Position numbers and translations under genes: made by a program. The notes under the pieces are model-generated. The model did not search any database. It was not told the DNA's origin and worked only from the letters and a program-made list of their open reading frames with translations. A stretch of DNA of 64,000 nt from Escherichia coli (GTDB lineage: Bacteria > Pseudomonadota > Gammaproteobacteria > Enterobacterales > Enterobacteriaceae): NCBI RefSeq assembly GCF_024298765.1, contig NZ_CP101210.1; one strand, 5' to 3'. Of the stretch, positions 16,641 to 27,616 are shown piece after piece (within the stretch, counting starts at the first letter, position 1; every line of letters starts with the position of its first letter).

Positions 16641-16735
16641 TATCCATCCTCCATTGCCACGATAGTTCGCGGCGATAGGTAGCATAGCAACGAACGATTA
16701 TCCCTATCAAGCATTCTGACTGATAATTGCTCACA
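16641..16735. promoter_or_regulatory. Divergent oxyR / oxyS promoter region with OxyR operator
   Basis: Intergenic segment between the oxyR start and the oxyS +1; contains ATAG-type repeats (GATAGG...CGATTATCCCTATCAAGC) and a -10-like TGATAAT at 16721-16727. Confidence 0.55.
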
Positions 16736-16848
16736 GAAACGGAGCGGCACCTCTTTTAACCCTTGAAGTCACTGCCCGTTTCGAGAGTTTCTCAACTCGA
16801 ATAACTAAAGCCAACGTGAACTTTTGCGGATCTCCAGGATCCGCTTTT
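16736..16848 (+). ncRNA. oxyS: OxyS small regulatory RNA
   Basis: GAAACGGAGCGGCACCTCTTTTAACCCTTGAAGTCACTGCCCGTTTCGAGAGTTTCTCAACTCGAATAACTAAAGCCAACGTGAACTTTTGCGGATCTCCAGGATCCGCTTTTTTTT matches OxyS, including the terminal hairpin GCGGATC-TCCAG-GATCCGC and U-run. Confidence 0.9.
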
Positions 16849-16891
16849 TTTTATTCTACAGGCCCACAGCAAGAGAGCCTGATAGTAACGG

Positions 16892-18175
16892 TTACTCAAT
16901 CCGATCTTTGACAATAAAGAAGTAACACAGCGCCCCGGTGAACGTCACACAGGCCGCGATAACCAGCGCCAGATTAAACGAGTGTGTGGTATCCACGACC
17001 CAACCGGTTACGATCGGAGCAAAGGAAGCAAAAACAAAACTGCCAAAGTTTTGAATCCCGGCGATGGAAGCCACTTTTGTTTCTGACACCATCACCTGCA
17101 CCAGCCCCCATGCAGATGTTCCCGCGAAATGCACGCAGAACAGCGCCATTGAGATAAACGCTACCGCCTGGGCTGGCGAGGAAGATTGCACGACCAGCAA
17201 CGTGCCTAATGCCGACATCATCAAACCGCAGACAATCGCCGTTTTACGCGTCTTCGCCAGGTCATAGCCTTTTTTCGCCAGCCGATCGACAACAATACCG
17301 TTAACCCACATCCCGACCGCCGCCGCGAGGAAAGGAATTGCCGCCACCCAACCGGTTTTCGCCAGACTGAAACCTTGTTCGGCCTGCAAATAACCGGGTA
17401 ACCACGCGATGTAGAGCCAACCGGTATAATTGACGCCAGAGAAACCTAAAATCATCCCCCAGGTTGTCCGATGCTTAAACAGCGCCAGCCACTCGCTAAA
17501 TTGTAACTGTGGACGCGGTTTAACCGGCGCGGAGAGATATGTCCGTTCTTCCTCGGTCAGGACAAACTGCGCCCGGTTGCGATACCACGCGTACCAACAG
17601 ATCCCAACCAGAATCCCTGCTACGCCGATGATGACAAACATCGTCCGCCAGCCCCATGCCAGTTGCATCAATACAAGAGCAGGAGGCGCGATAGCCTGAC
17701 CGATAACGGTAGATGAGTTAAAAATCCCCAGCGCCGTGCCGCGTTCTTTTTGCGCATACCAGTCGGTGATCGACTTTACTCCCGCAGGCATAAATGGCGC
17801 TTCGCCAATACCCAGACCGATACGCATTAAAATAAAGTGGCTAAAAGAATTAACCATTCCTGTTAATGCCTGCATTAATGACCAGAATATTAAGCCTGCG
17901 CCTAACACTATTCGTGGGCCAAAGCGGTCTAGCAAAATACCGGAAGGAAGTTGTGAAAAACCATAAGACAGAGAAAATGCAGAAAGCAAAACACCAAACT
18001 CGGTAGCGGATAATCCTAACTCGCCACGAATTGCTTCACCTGCCACGCTCAATGACGAACGGTCGAGAAAATTAACGATCCCCGCCATAAATAATAAAAC
18101 CAGGGTCACTGTCTGAATACGACGAATCCGTTGCGGTTTATTACCCGCAACACTGGTTGACACATCAACGTCCAT
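16892..18175 (-). CDS. MFS transporter, anion:cation symporter-like (hexuronate/aldonate/sugar-acid type), 427 aa; accessory relative to K-12
   Basis: 12-TM-type hydrophobic ORF with MFS signature region (GILLDRFGPRIVLGAGLIFWSL...RIGLGIGEAPFMPAG); resembles GudP/DgoT/ExuT-type sugar-acid permeases. Confidence 0.8.
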   Translation of the reverse strand: MDVDVSTSVAGNKPQRIRRIQTVTLVLLFMAGIVNFLDRSSLSVAGEAIRGELGLSATEFGVLLSAFSLSYGFSQLPSGILLDRFGPRIVLGAGLIFWSLMQALTGMVNSFSHFILMRIGLGIGEAPFMPAGVKSITDWYAQKERGTALGIFNSSTVIGQAIAPPALVLMQLAWGWRTMFVIIGVAGILVGICWYAWYRNRAQFVLTEEERTYLSAPVKPRPQLQFSEWLALFKHRTTWGMILGFSGVNYTGWLYIAWLPGYLQAEQGFSLAKTGWVAAIPFLAAAVGMWVNGIVVDRLAKKGYDLAKTRKTAIVCGLMMSALGTLLVVQSSSPAQAVAFISMALFCVHFAGTSAWGLVQVMVSETKVASIAGIQNFGSFVFASFAPIVTGWVVDTTHSFNLALVIAACVTFTGALCYFFIVKDRIE

Positions 18176-18241
18176 TTTTAGCTCCTTGAGCGGAATTAAT
18201 CGATTTGATGAATATTCAGAAAATAATTAAGCGAACCGCTA

Positions 18242-19456
18242 TTACCAGTTCCACAATGTGCCATCTTCCAGTCGTGCGACGGGGAGATACGCCGGGTCAT
18301 ACGGATATTTCGCCGCCAGTTTCTCATCGAAAGAAATACCCAGCCCCGGTTCATCGCCTGGGTGCATATAACCTTCATCGAAGCGCCAGCTATGCGGGAA
18401 GACTTCAAGCATTTGTTCGGAATAGCCCATGTACTCCTGAACGCCAAAGTTTGGCACCCAGAGGTCAAAATGCAGCGCCGCCGCATGGCAAACAGGCGAT
18501 AAATCTGAAGGGCCATGCGAACCGGTACGTACCTGATAAAGCGATGCAAAATCGGCAATCCGTCGCATCCCGGTAATGCCGCCTGCATGGGTAATCGTCG
18601 TGCGAATATAGTCAATCAGCTGCTCTTCGATTAACTGCTTGCAGTCCCAGATACTGTTAAACACTTCACCGACCGCAATCGGCGTCACGGTATGCTGACG
18701 AATCAGACGAAAACATTCCTGATTCTCGGCAGGCGTCGGATCTTCCATCCAGAACAGGCGGTAATCTTCAATGCTCTTCCCAAAGCGCGCCGCTTCGATG
18801 GGGGTCAGGCGATGGTGCATGTCATGCAACAGATGTTCGTTAAAACCGAACTTATTACGCACCGCTTCAAATAACTTCGGCGTAAAATCGAGATACTTTT
18901 CTGAAGACCACAACTGCTCTTCTGGCCACAGGCCTTTGGTTGCTGGTTCATACGCCAGTCCTTTGCCCTTCGCCAGACCATAGGTGGTTTGCATACCCGG
19001 TACACCACACTGCACACGAATCGCCTTAAAGCCCATCTGCTGGTGCTTTGCATAGTCTTCAAGGACTTCATCAATCGTACGCCCGGTGGTGTGGCAATAA
19101 ACCATAACGCCTTCACGAGAAGCACCACCAAGCAGTTGATACAATGGCATATTTGCCGCTTTTGCTTTGATATCCCACAACGCCATATCAATGGCAGAAA
19201 TGGCTGACATCGTGACGGGGCCACGTCGCCAGTAAGCACCTTTATAAAAGAATTGCCAGATATCTTCGATACGGCTGGCATCGCGGCCAATTAGTTGTGG
19301 ACAAAGATGATCTTTCAGATAAGAAGCGACCGACAATTCGCGACCATTTAACGTGGCATCTCCTAATCCACAAAGTCCGCTTGCAGTGGTTATTTTAAGC
19401 GTAACGAAATTACGCCCTGGGCAAGTAACAAAAACATCTGCAGCAATAATTTTCAT
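18242..19456 (-). CDS. Enolase-superfamily dehydratase, ManD/RspA-like (about 404 aa); accessory relative to K-12
   Basis: ORF 18242..19516; start set at ATG 19454-19456 ([24 protein letters not shown]...) with an AGGAG RBS about 7 nt upstream. TIM-barrel region resembles mandelate racemase / D-mannonate dehydratase family proteins such as E. coli RspA. Confidence 0.8.
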   Translation of the reverse strand: MKIIAADVFVTCPGRNFVTLKITTASGLCGLGDATLNGRELSVASYLKDHLCPQLIGRDASRIEDIWQFFYKGAYWRRGPVTMSAISAIDMALWDIKAKAANMPLYQLLGGASREGVMVYCHTTGRTIDEVLEDYAKHQQMGFKAIRVQCGVPGMQTTYGLAKGKGLAYEPATKGLWPEEQLWSSEKYLDFTPKLFEAVRNKFGFNEHLLHDMHHRLTPIEAARFGKSIEDYRLFWMEDPTPAENQECFRLIRQHTVTPIAVGEVFNSIWDCKQLIEEQLIDYIRTTITHAGGITGMRRIADFASLYQVRTGSHGPSDLSPVCHAAALHFDLWVPNFGVQEYMGYSEQMLEVFPHSWRFDEGYMHPGDEPGLGISFDEKLAAKYPYDPAYLPVARLEDGTLWNW

Positions 19457-19860
19457 TATTGCAATCTCCTGTGTTGTAAATAGACGTTTCAAACTTAATT
19501 TTGCGCCTACTACCATACAAGAGAGAAAGAGCGATTATTCAACCATGATCACATTAAAAATAAAAATTTCTACCGAGGAGAAAAAACACCCTCAAAAACC
19601 ACCTGAATAATTAGCTATCATCGTTAAAACAACACGTTAAATAATCACATAACAAACTCCATTAATCATTAAAAATGAACACAGCAATAGAAATGAATTA
19701 TATTCAATTAATTAAAGTATGTATTGGCTGATGTATTGAAAATATAATTTTTATGGGGAGAGTGAAGGTAAAGAAGACGCAAGAATAAAAAGGAATGTGA
19801 CAAATAATGGTTCTGGTTGGGCGTTAAATTTAAGGTCACCAGAATACTGACAAATTTCTG

Positions 19861-19941
19861 CCTGATGCGGCGTAAACGCCTTATCCGCCTACGAAGTGTC
19901 GCACTTTGTAGGCGTGGTAAGCTCCCCATTTTCAGGGGAGC
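19861..19941. repeat. REP-like palindromic element plus a perfect hairpin just downstream of argH
   Basis: GCCTGATGCGGCGTAAACGCCTTATCCGCCTAC is REP-like; GCTCCCC-ATTTTCA-GGGGAGC at 19921-19941 is a perfect 7-bp inverted repeat. Confidence 0.6.
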
Positions 19942-19953
19942 AATATAAACAAA

Positions 19954-21327
19954 CTACTCTAACCGAGCTTGCGCAAAAGCAATCGCCTGCGCCACCTGCT
20001 GCGGTGAGACGCCGCCTTTTGCAGCACGCTTGTCGAGGCACGATTGCAGCGACAGAATCGGATAGACATCTTCGCCAATCACCTGGCTGAATTTCTGCAA
20101 CTCACTGAGCGGCAGATCTTCCAACGCTTTGCCCTGACGAATGGCTTCCACCACAGCTTCACCCACAATATGGTGCGCCTCGCGGAACGGTACGCCTTTC
20201 GCCACCAGATAATCCGCCAGTTCAGTAGCGTTGGCGTAACCCTGCTGCGCCGCTTCCTGGCAACGCGGACGTTTCACCTGAATGCCGTCCAGCACCAGCG
20301 CCGCCATATGCAGGCAGTCCAGCCAGGTATCGAGCGCGTCGAACAGACCTTCTTTGTCTTCCTGCATATCTTTGTTGTAAGCCAGCGGCAAACCTTTCAG
20401 CGTCATCATCATGCCGGTTAACGCCCCCTGCACCCGACCGCATTTACCGCGAATCAGCTCCAGCGCATCCGGGTTTTTCTTCTGCGGCATTAATGATGAA
20501 CCGGAAGTCACACGGTCAGAAAGCTCCACAAACCCCGCTTCGCCGGTGTTAAAGAAAATCAGATCTTCAGCAAAACGCGACAGATGCACCATGCCGATAG
20601 CGGCAGCAGAAAGCAGTTCCAACACATGGTCACGGTCAGAAACGCTGTCGAGACTGTTACGGGTCGCCGAAGCAAAGCCCAGCCAGCCTGCTAACTGTTC
20701 ACGGTCGATTTCATAGGCCGTTCCTGCCAGTGCGCCACAGCCTAGCGGGCTGACATCCAGACGCTTAAGCGCGTCCTGCAAACGGCTTTCATCACGCGCC
20801 AGCATCTCAACGTAGGCCAGGCACCAGTGAGCGAACGTCACCGGCTGGGCGCGTTGCAGGTGAGTGTAACCCGGCATCACCGCGTCCTGATTGTTCTGCG
20901 CGGTCTCGACCAGAGCGGATTGTAACTGCCGGTTAGCCGTCAGCAACTCGCTAACGGTATCTTTGCACCACAGTTTCAGGTCAGTTGCTACCTGATCATT
21001 ACGGCTACGCCCGGTATGCAGTTTTTTGCCTAACTGACCCACTTTGTCGATCAGTTTGCCTTCCACCCAGCTATGGATATCTTCGGCGTCGCTTTCAAGG
21101 ATTTGTTGTGGCCTGGCGCGAACATCTTCCAGCAGCACGTTCAGCGCCTCTTCCAGTTGCGCCTGCTCTTCTGCGGTTAACACGCCGACCGTTACCAGGG
21201 CTTTGGACCAGGCCACAGAGCCAACAATATCCTGCTCCGCCAGACGGTAATCAAAGCGCAGTGAGTCGTTGAATTGTTTGAACCGTTGATCTGCTGCCTG
21301 GGTAAAACGCCCGCCCCAAAGTGCCAT
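19954..21327 (-). CDS. argH: Argininosuccinate lyase (457 aa)
   Basis: Full-length [37 protein letters not shown]...; fumarate-lyase signature [12 protein letters not shown]. Confidence 0.95.
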
Positions 21328-21387
21328 AACTCTGTTTCCTTATTTTGAAATTCAATGCCGGAAAGCTGCGCCTCCGGCCAACAAAAC

Positions 21388-22164
21388 TTAAGCTAAAATC
21401 CGCGTACCCATCGGCATACCGTTAAACAGTGCCGGAAGCTGTTCCGCATGACGCCAGGAGGCGATATCTACCGGACGGCCCAACGTGCGCGCAGCATCCA
21501 GCGCCGCGTTCACTTTCACAATCATGCCGTCAGTAATAATGCCCTGCTCAATCAGTTGTTCTGCTTTCGCGGCGGTCATTTCGGCAATACGTTGCCCTTT
21601 GCCGTCGAGAATGCCGCTGACGTCAGAGAGCAAAATCAGATCCGCGCCCAGCGTTGCCGCCAGCGCCGTCGCCGCCTGGTCGGCATTGACATTCATCAGT
21701 TGCCCTTCGTCTGTTACGCCAATGGAGCTGACCACCGGCAGATAACCGTTCTCCAGCAAACTGTTGATAAGCTTAGGCGAACCTGGCTGCGCCAGTCCAA
21801 CATGGCCTAACTCTTCATCAAGCTGGGTCACTTTGACGCTGTCGCCGTCACCGAGAAACAAACCTACGGCCGCAATCTGATGTTTCTTCGCCCATGCCAG
21901 CAGGGTTTTATTTGCCGTTCCCGCCAGTGCTCCGGTGATAATGTCTATCTGATCCGCAGGCGTCACCCGCAGGCCATTTTTCTTTTTCACCGGCAGATTC
22001 AGCCCTTTCATCAGCTCATCCACCACGCAACCGCCGCCGTGCACAATCACCAGCGGACGCTGATGTGACTCGCGATAATTCACCAGTGCGCTAAACAGAC
22101 GTTCCAGCGCCTCTTCACTATCCAGCAGTACGCCACCCAGTTTGATAATTAATGGATTCATCAT
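21388..22164 (-). CDS. argB: Acetylglutamate kinase (about 258 aa)
   Basis: ORF 21388..22197; start set at [24 protein letters not shown]... Confidence 0.92.
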
Positions 22165-22171
22165 TGCACCC

Positions 22172-23176
22172 TTAAATAAGAGACTGCGTTTCCGCATAGC
22201 CGAAACGAATATTGGCGCACTGCACCGCTTGTGCCGCCGCGCCTTTCAGTAAGTTGTCTTCGGTCGCCACAATAATCAGATGCTCGCCCTGAACGGCAAA
22301 ACCGATATCGCAGAATGGCAGTCCAACGACATTTTTCAGCGCCGGAACGCCTTTGTCATACAGCCGCACCAGTGGTTTATGGGCATACGCCTGCTGTAAC
22401 GCTTGCGCCACTTGCACCTGGCTCACACCCGGTTTCAGGCGGCAGGTAATGGTTTCGAGAATGCCGCGCGGGAAATTGCCCAGATGCGGGGTGAAGATAA
22501 CGTCAGCACCGAGGTGTGTGGCGATCTCTGGTTGATGGCGATGGGTAAAGACGCCATACGGTTGCAGGCTAACTTCACAAAAACTATTTGAAATCGCTGC
22601 CTTACGTCCTGCACCGCTCACGCCGCTGGTGGCGTTGATCACCGGCCACTGATTGAGGTCAAGAAGATCGGCATCAATCAACGGTTTCAGCGCCAGCTGT
22701 GCTGCCGTCGGATAACAGCCTGGCACGGCAATCAAGTTCGCTTCTTTTAATTTATTACCGCACCACTCCGCCAGACCGTAGGCTGCCTGTTCCAGCAGTT
22801 CCGGGTATTGATGGGTAAAGCCGTAATATTTTTCATAGAAGGCGACATCGTTAACACGAAACGCGCCGGAAAGGTCGAACACCACACAGCCTGCTTCAAG
22901 AAATTGCGGCGCTAAATCGTGGCTGACTTCATGGGCGGTGGCGAGAAACACCACGTCCACCCCTGGGCTAAACTCGCTGATATCCGACATCGGCTGCAAC
23001 GGCAGATCAACGATGCCTTTTAGCTGCGGATGCAAATCGGAGATTAACTTTCCCGCATCATTGCTTTGCGCTGAAACAGTCAAAGCGGTTATGTTCATAT
23101 GCGGATGGCGATTTACATAGGTCACTAGCTCTGCGCCAGCGTAGCCGCTGGCACCCACAATCAGCGTATTCAACAT
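22172..23176 (-). CDS. argC: N-acetyl-gamma-glutamyl-phosphate reductase (334 aa)
   Basis: Full-length [38 protein letters not shown]... Confidence 0.95.
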
Positions 23177-23254
23177 CGGGGCTATTCACCTTCTTATGTC
23201 TGGTTGCCAGGTTAAACGTAAAACATTCACCTTACGGCTGGTGGGTTTTATTAC

Positions 23255-23310
23255 GCTCAACGTTAGTGTATTTTTATTCATAAATACTGCATGAATATTG
23301 ATACTATCAT
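23255..23310. promoter_or_regulatory. Divergent argC / argE control region with tandem ARG boxes (ArgR operator)
   Basis: TTTTTATTCATAAATACTGCATGAATATTGATACT contains two adjacent TGAAT/ATTCA-type ARG-box palindromes between the divergent argC and argE starts. Confidence 0.65.
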
Positions 23311-23329
23311 GACCAGAGGTGTGTCAACA

Positions 23330-24481
23330 ATGAAAAACAAATTACCGCCATTTATCGAGATTTACCGTGCTCTGATTGCCACACCTTCAATAAGCGCCAC
23401 GGAAGAGGCACTCGATCAAAGCAATGCAGATTTAATCACTCTGCTGGCGGACTGGTTTAAGGATTTAGGCTTCAATGTGGAAGTACAGCCTGTGCCAGGA
23501 ACTCGCAACAAATTTAATATGCTGGCCAGTTGCGGACAGGGGGCTGGCGGTTTGTTGCTGGCGGGGCATACCGATACGGTGCCATTTGATGACGGACGCT
23601 GGACGCGCGATCCATTTACGTTGACGGAGCATGACGGCAAGCTTTACGGCTTAGGCACCGCCGACATGAAAGGCTTTTTTGCGTTTATCCTTGATGCGCT
23701 ACGCGATGTCGACGTCACGAAACTGAAAAAACCGCTCTACATTCTGGCGACTGCCGATGAAGAAACCAGTATGGCCGGAGCGCGTTATTTTGCCGAAACT
23801 ACCGCCCTGCGCCCGGATTGCGCCATCATTGGCGAACCGACGTCACTACAACCGGTACGCGCACATAAAGGTCATATCTCTAACGCCATCCGTATTCAGG
23901 GCCAGTCGGGGCACTCCAGCGATCCAGCACGCGGAGTTAACGCTATCGAACTAATGCACGACGCCATCGGGCATATTTTGCAATTGCGCGATAACCTGAA
24001 AGAACGTTATCACTACGAAGCGTTTACCGTGCCATACCCCACGCTCAACCTCGGGCATATTCACGGTGGCGACGCTTCTAACCGTATTTGTGCTTGCTGT
24101 GAGTTGCATATGGATATTCGTCCGCTGCCGGGCATGACACTCAATGAACTTAATGGCCTACTCAACGATGCGCTGGCTCCGGTGAGCGAACGCTGGCCGG
24201 GTCGTCTGACGGTCGACGAGCTGCATCCGCCGATCCCTGGCTATGAATGCCCGCCAAATCATCAACTGGTTGAAGTAGTTGAGAAATTGCTCGGAGCAAA
24301 GACCGAAGTGGTGAATTACTGTACCGAAGCGCCGTTTATTCAAACGTTATGCCCGACGCTGGTTCTGGGGCCTGGCTCAATTAATCAGGCTCATCAGCCT
24401 GATGAATATCTGGAGACGCGGTTTATCAAGCCCACCCGTGAGCTGATAACCCAGGTGATTCACCATTTTTGCTGGCATTAA
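23330..24481 (+). CDS. argE: Acetylornithine deacetylase (about 383 aa)
   Basis: ORF 23291..24481; start set at [26 protein letters not shown]...; M20 peptidase motifs ([16 protein letters not shown]). Confidence 0.92.
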   Translation: MKNKLPPFIEIYRALIATPSISATEEALDQSNADLITLLADWFKDLGFNVEVQPVPGTRNKFNMLASCGQGAGGLLLAGHTDTVPFDDGRWTRDPFTLTEHDGKLYGLGTADMKGFFAFILDALRDVDVTKLKKPLYILATADEETSMAGARYFAETTALRPDCAIIGEPTSLQPVRAHKGHISNAIRIQGQSGHSSDPARGVNAIELMHDAIGHILQLRDNLKERYHYEAFTVPYPTLNLGHIHGGDASNRICACCELHMDIRPLPGMTLNELNGLLNDALAPVSERWPGRLTVDELHPPIPGYECPPNHQLVEVVEKLLGAKTEVVNYCTEAPFIQTLCPTLVLGPGSINQAHQPDEYLETRFIKPTRELITQVIHHFCWH

Positions 24482-24484
24482 AAC

Positions 24485-24545
24485 GTAGGCCAAACAATGT
24501 CGGATGCGATGCTTACGCATCTTATCCGACCTACACCTTTGGTGT
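24485..24545. repeat. REP (repetitive extragenic palindrome) element
   Basis: GTAGGCCAAACAATGTCGGATGCGATGCTTACGCATCTTATCCGACCTAC, palindromic REP-type sequence downstream of argE. Confidence 0.7.
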
Positions 24546-24782
24546 TACTCGAGGCGATTTTTTAACATTCCCATAAGTTACGCTTATTTAAAGCGTCGTG
24601 AATTTAATGGCGTAAATTCCTGCTATTTATTCGTTTGCTGAAGCGATTTCGCAGCATTTGACGTCACCGCTTTTACGTGGCTTTATAAAAGACGACGAAA
24701 AGCAAAGCCCGAGCATATTCGCGCCAATGCGACGTGAAGGATACAGGGCTATCAAACGATAAGATGGGGTGTCTGGGGTAAT

Positions 24783-27434
24783 ATGAACGAACAATATTCC
24801 GCATTGCGTAGTAATGTCAGTATGCTCGGCAAAGTGCTGGGAGAAACCATCAAGGATGCGTTAGGAGAACACATTCTTGAACGCGTAGAAACTATCCGTA
24901 AGTTGTCCAAATCTTCACGCGCTGGCAATGATGCTAACCGCCAGGAGTTGCTCACCACCTTACAAAATTTGTCGAACGACGAGCTGCTGCCCGTTGCGCG
25001 TGCGTTTAGTCAGTTTCTGAACCTGGCCAACACCGCCGAGCAATACCACAGCATTTCGCCGAAAGGCGAAGCTGCCAGCAACCCGGAAGTGATCGCCCGC
25101 ACCCTGCGTAAACTGAAAAACCAGCCGGAACTGAGCGAAGACACCATCAAAAAAGCAGTGGAATCGCTGTCGCTGGAACTGGTCCTCACGGCTCACCCAA
25201 CCGAAATTACCCGTCGTACACTGATCCACAAAATGGTGGAAGTGAACGCCTGCTTAAAACAGCTCGATAACAAAGATATCGCCGACTACGAACATAACCA
25301 GCTGATGCGCCGCCTGCGCCAGTTGATCGCCCAGTCATGGCATACAGATGAAATCCGTAAGCTGCGTCCAAGCCCGGTAGATGAAGCCAAATGGGGCTTT
25401 GCCGTAGTAGAAAACAGCCTGTGGCAAGGCGTACCGAATTACCTGCGCGAACTGAACGAACAACTGGAAGAGAACCTCGGCTACAAACTGCCCGTCGAAT
25501 TTGTTCCGGTACGTTTTACCTCGTGGATGGGCGGTGACCGCGACGGCAACCCGAACGTCACTGCCGATATCACCCGCCACGTCCTGCTACTCAGCCGCTG
25601 GAAAGCCACCGATTTGTTCCTGAAAGATATTCAGGTGCTGGTTTCTGAACTGTCGATGGTTGAAGCGACCCCTGAACTGCTGGCGCTGGTTGGCGAAGAA
25701 GGTGCCGCAGAGCCGTATCGCTATCTGATGAAAAACCTGCGCTCTCGCCTGATGGCGACACAGGCATGGCTGGAAGCGCGCCTGAAAGGCGAAGAACTGC
25801 CAAAACCAGAAGGCCTGCTGACACAAAACGAAGAACTGTGGGAACCACTCTACGCTTGCTACCAGTCACTTCAGGCGTGTGGCATGGGTATTATCGCCAA
25901 CGGCGATCTGCTCGACACCCTGCGCCGCGTGAAATGTTTCGGCGTACCGCTGGTCCGTATTGATATCCGTCAGGAGAGCACCCGCCATACCGAAGCGCTG
26001 GGCGAGCTGACCCGCTACCTCGGTATCGGCGACTACGAAAGCTGGTCAGAGGCCGACAAACAGGCGTTCCTGATCCGCGAACTGAACTCCAAACGTCCGC
26101 TTCTGCCGCGCAACTGGCAACCAAGCGCCGAAACGCGCGAAGTGCTCGATACCTGCCAGGTGATTGCCGAAGCGCCGCAAGGCTCCATTGCCGCCTACGT
26201 GATCTCGATGGCGAAAACGCCGTCCGACGTGCTGGCTGTCCACCTGCTGCTGAAAGAAGCGGGTATCGGGTTTGCGATGCCGGTTGCTCCGCTGTTTGAA
26301 ACCCTCGATGACCTGAACAACGCCAACGATGTCATGACTCAGCTACTGAATATCGACTGGTATCGCGGCCTGATTCAGGGCAAACAGATGGTGATGATTG
26401 GCTATTCCGACTCAGCAAAAGATGCGGGCGTGATGGCAGCTTCCTGGGCGCAATATCAGGCACAGGATGCATTAATCAAAACCTGCGAAAAAGCGGGTAT
26501 TGAGCTGACGTTGTTCCACGGTCGCGGCGGTTCCATTGGTCGCGGCGGCGCACCTGCTCATGCGGCGCTGCTGTCACAACCGCCAGGAAGCCTGAAAGGT
26601 GGCCTGCGCGTGACTGAACAGGGCGAGATGATCCGCTTTAAATATGGTCTGCCAGAAATCACCGTCAGCAGCCTGTCGCTGTACACCGGGGCGATTCTGG
26701 AAGCCAACCTGCTGCCACCACCTGAGCCGAAAGAGAGCTGGCGTCGCATTATGGATGAACTGTCAGTCATCTCCTGCGATCTCTACCGTGGCTACGTACG
26801 TGAAAACAAAGATTTTGTGCCTTACTTCCGCTCCGCTACGCCGGAACAAGAACTGGGCAAACTGCCGTTGGGTTCACGTCCGGCGAAACGTCGCCCAACC
26901 GGCGGCGTCGAGTCACTACGCGCCATTCCGTGGATCTTCGCCTGGACGCAAAACCGCCTGATGCTCCCCGCCTGGCTGGGTGCAGGTACGGCGCTGCAAA
27001 AAGTGGTCGAAGATGGCAAACAGAGCGAGCTGGAGGCTATGTGCCGCGATTGGCCATTCTTCTCGACGCGTCTCGGCATGCTGGAGATGGTCTTCGCCAA
27101 AGCAGACCTGTGGCTGGCGGAATACTATGATCAACGTCTGGTAGACAAAGCACTGTGGCCGTTAGGTAAAGAGTTACGCAATCTGCAAGAAGAAGACATC
27201 AAAGTGGTGCTGGCGATTGCCAACGATTCCCATCTGATGGCCGATCTGCCGTGGATTGCAGAGTCTATTCAGCTACGGAATATTTACACCGACCCGCTGA
27301 ACGTATTGCAGGCCGAGTTGCTGCACCGCTCCCGCCAGGCAGAAAAAGAAGGCCATGAGCCGGATCCTCGCGTCGAGCAGGCGTTAATGGTCACTATTGC
27401 CGGGATTGCGGCAGGTATGCGTAATACCGGCTAA
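24783..27434 (+). CDS. ppc: Phosphoenolpyruvate carboxylase (883 aa)
   Basis: Full-length [33 protein letters not shown]... ending ...GMRNTG; signature VLTAHPTE and [12 protein letters not shown]. Confidence 0.96.
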   Translation: MNEQYSALRSNVSMLGKVLGETIKDALGEHILERVETIRKLSKSSRAGNDANRQELLTTLQNLSNDELLPVARAFSQFLNLANTAEQYHSISPKGEAASNPEVIARTLRKLKNQPELSEDTIKKAVESLSLELVLTAHPTEITRRTLIHKMVEVNACLKQLDNKDIADYEHNQLMRRLRQLIAQSWHTDEIRKLRPSPVDEAKWGFAVVENSLWQGVPNYLRELNEQLEENLGYKLPVEFVPVRFTSWMGGDRDGNPNVTADITRHVLLLSRWKATDLFLKDIQVLVSELSMVEATPELLALVGEEGAAEPYRYLMKNLRSRLMATQAWLEARLKGEELPKPEGLLTQNEELWEPLYACYQSLQACGMGIIANGDLLDTLRRVKCFGVPLVRIDIRQESTRHTEALGELTRYLGIGDYESWSEADKQAFLIRELNSKRPLLPRNWQPSAETREVLDTCQVIAEAPQGSIAAYVISMAKTPSDVLAVHLLLKEAGIGFAMPVAPLFETLDDLNNANDVMTQLLNIDWYRGLIQGKQMVMIGYSDSAKDAGVMAASWAQYQAQDALIKTCEKAGIELTLFHGRGGSIGRGGAPAHAALLSQPPGSLKGGLRVTEQGEMIRFKYGLPEITVSSLSLYTGAILEANLLPPPEPKESWRRIMDELSVISCDLYRGYVRENKDFVPYFRSATPEQELGKLPLGSRPAKRRPTGGVESLRAIPWIFAWTQNRLMLPAWLGAGTALQKVVEDGKQSELEAMCRDWPFFSTRLGMLEMVFAKADLWLAEYYDQRLVDKALWPLGKELRNLQEEDIKVVLAIANDSHLMADLPWIAESIQLRNIYTDPLNVLQAELLHRSRQAEKEGHEPDPRVEQALMVTIAGIAAGMRNTG

Positions 27435-27448
27435 TCTTCCTCTCCTGC

Positions 27449-27477
27449 AAACCCTCGTGCTTTTGCGCGAGGGTTTT
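27449..27477 (+). terminator. ppc intrinsic terminator
   Basis: CCCTCGTGC-TTTT-GCGCGAGGG hairpin (one G-U pair) followed by TTTTCTG, 15 nt after the ppc stop. Confidence 0.7.
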
Positions 27478-27616
27478 CTGAAATACTTCTGTTCTAACAC
27501 CCTCGTTTTCAATATATTTCTGTCTGCATTTTATTCAAATTCTGGATATCCCTTCAGATATCCTTAAGGAATTGTCGGTACATTCGGCGATATTTTTTTC
27601 AAGACAGGTTCTTACT

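Noticed and set aside
19708-19929. 73-aa ORF in the AT-rich leader between argH and the dehydratase
   Set aside because: Overlaps the REP-like element, has no RBS, and its Arg-rich product derives from the palindrome.
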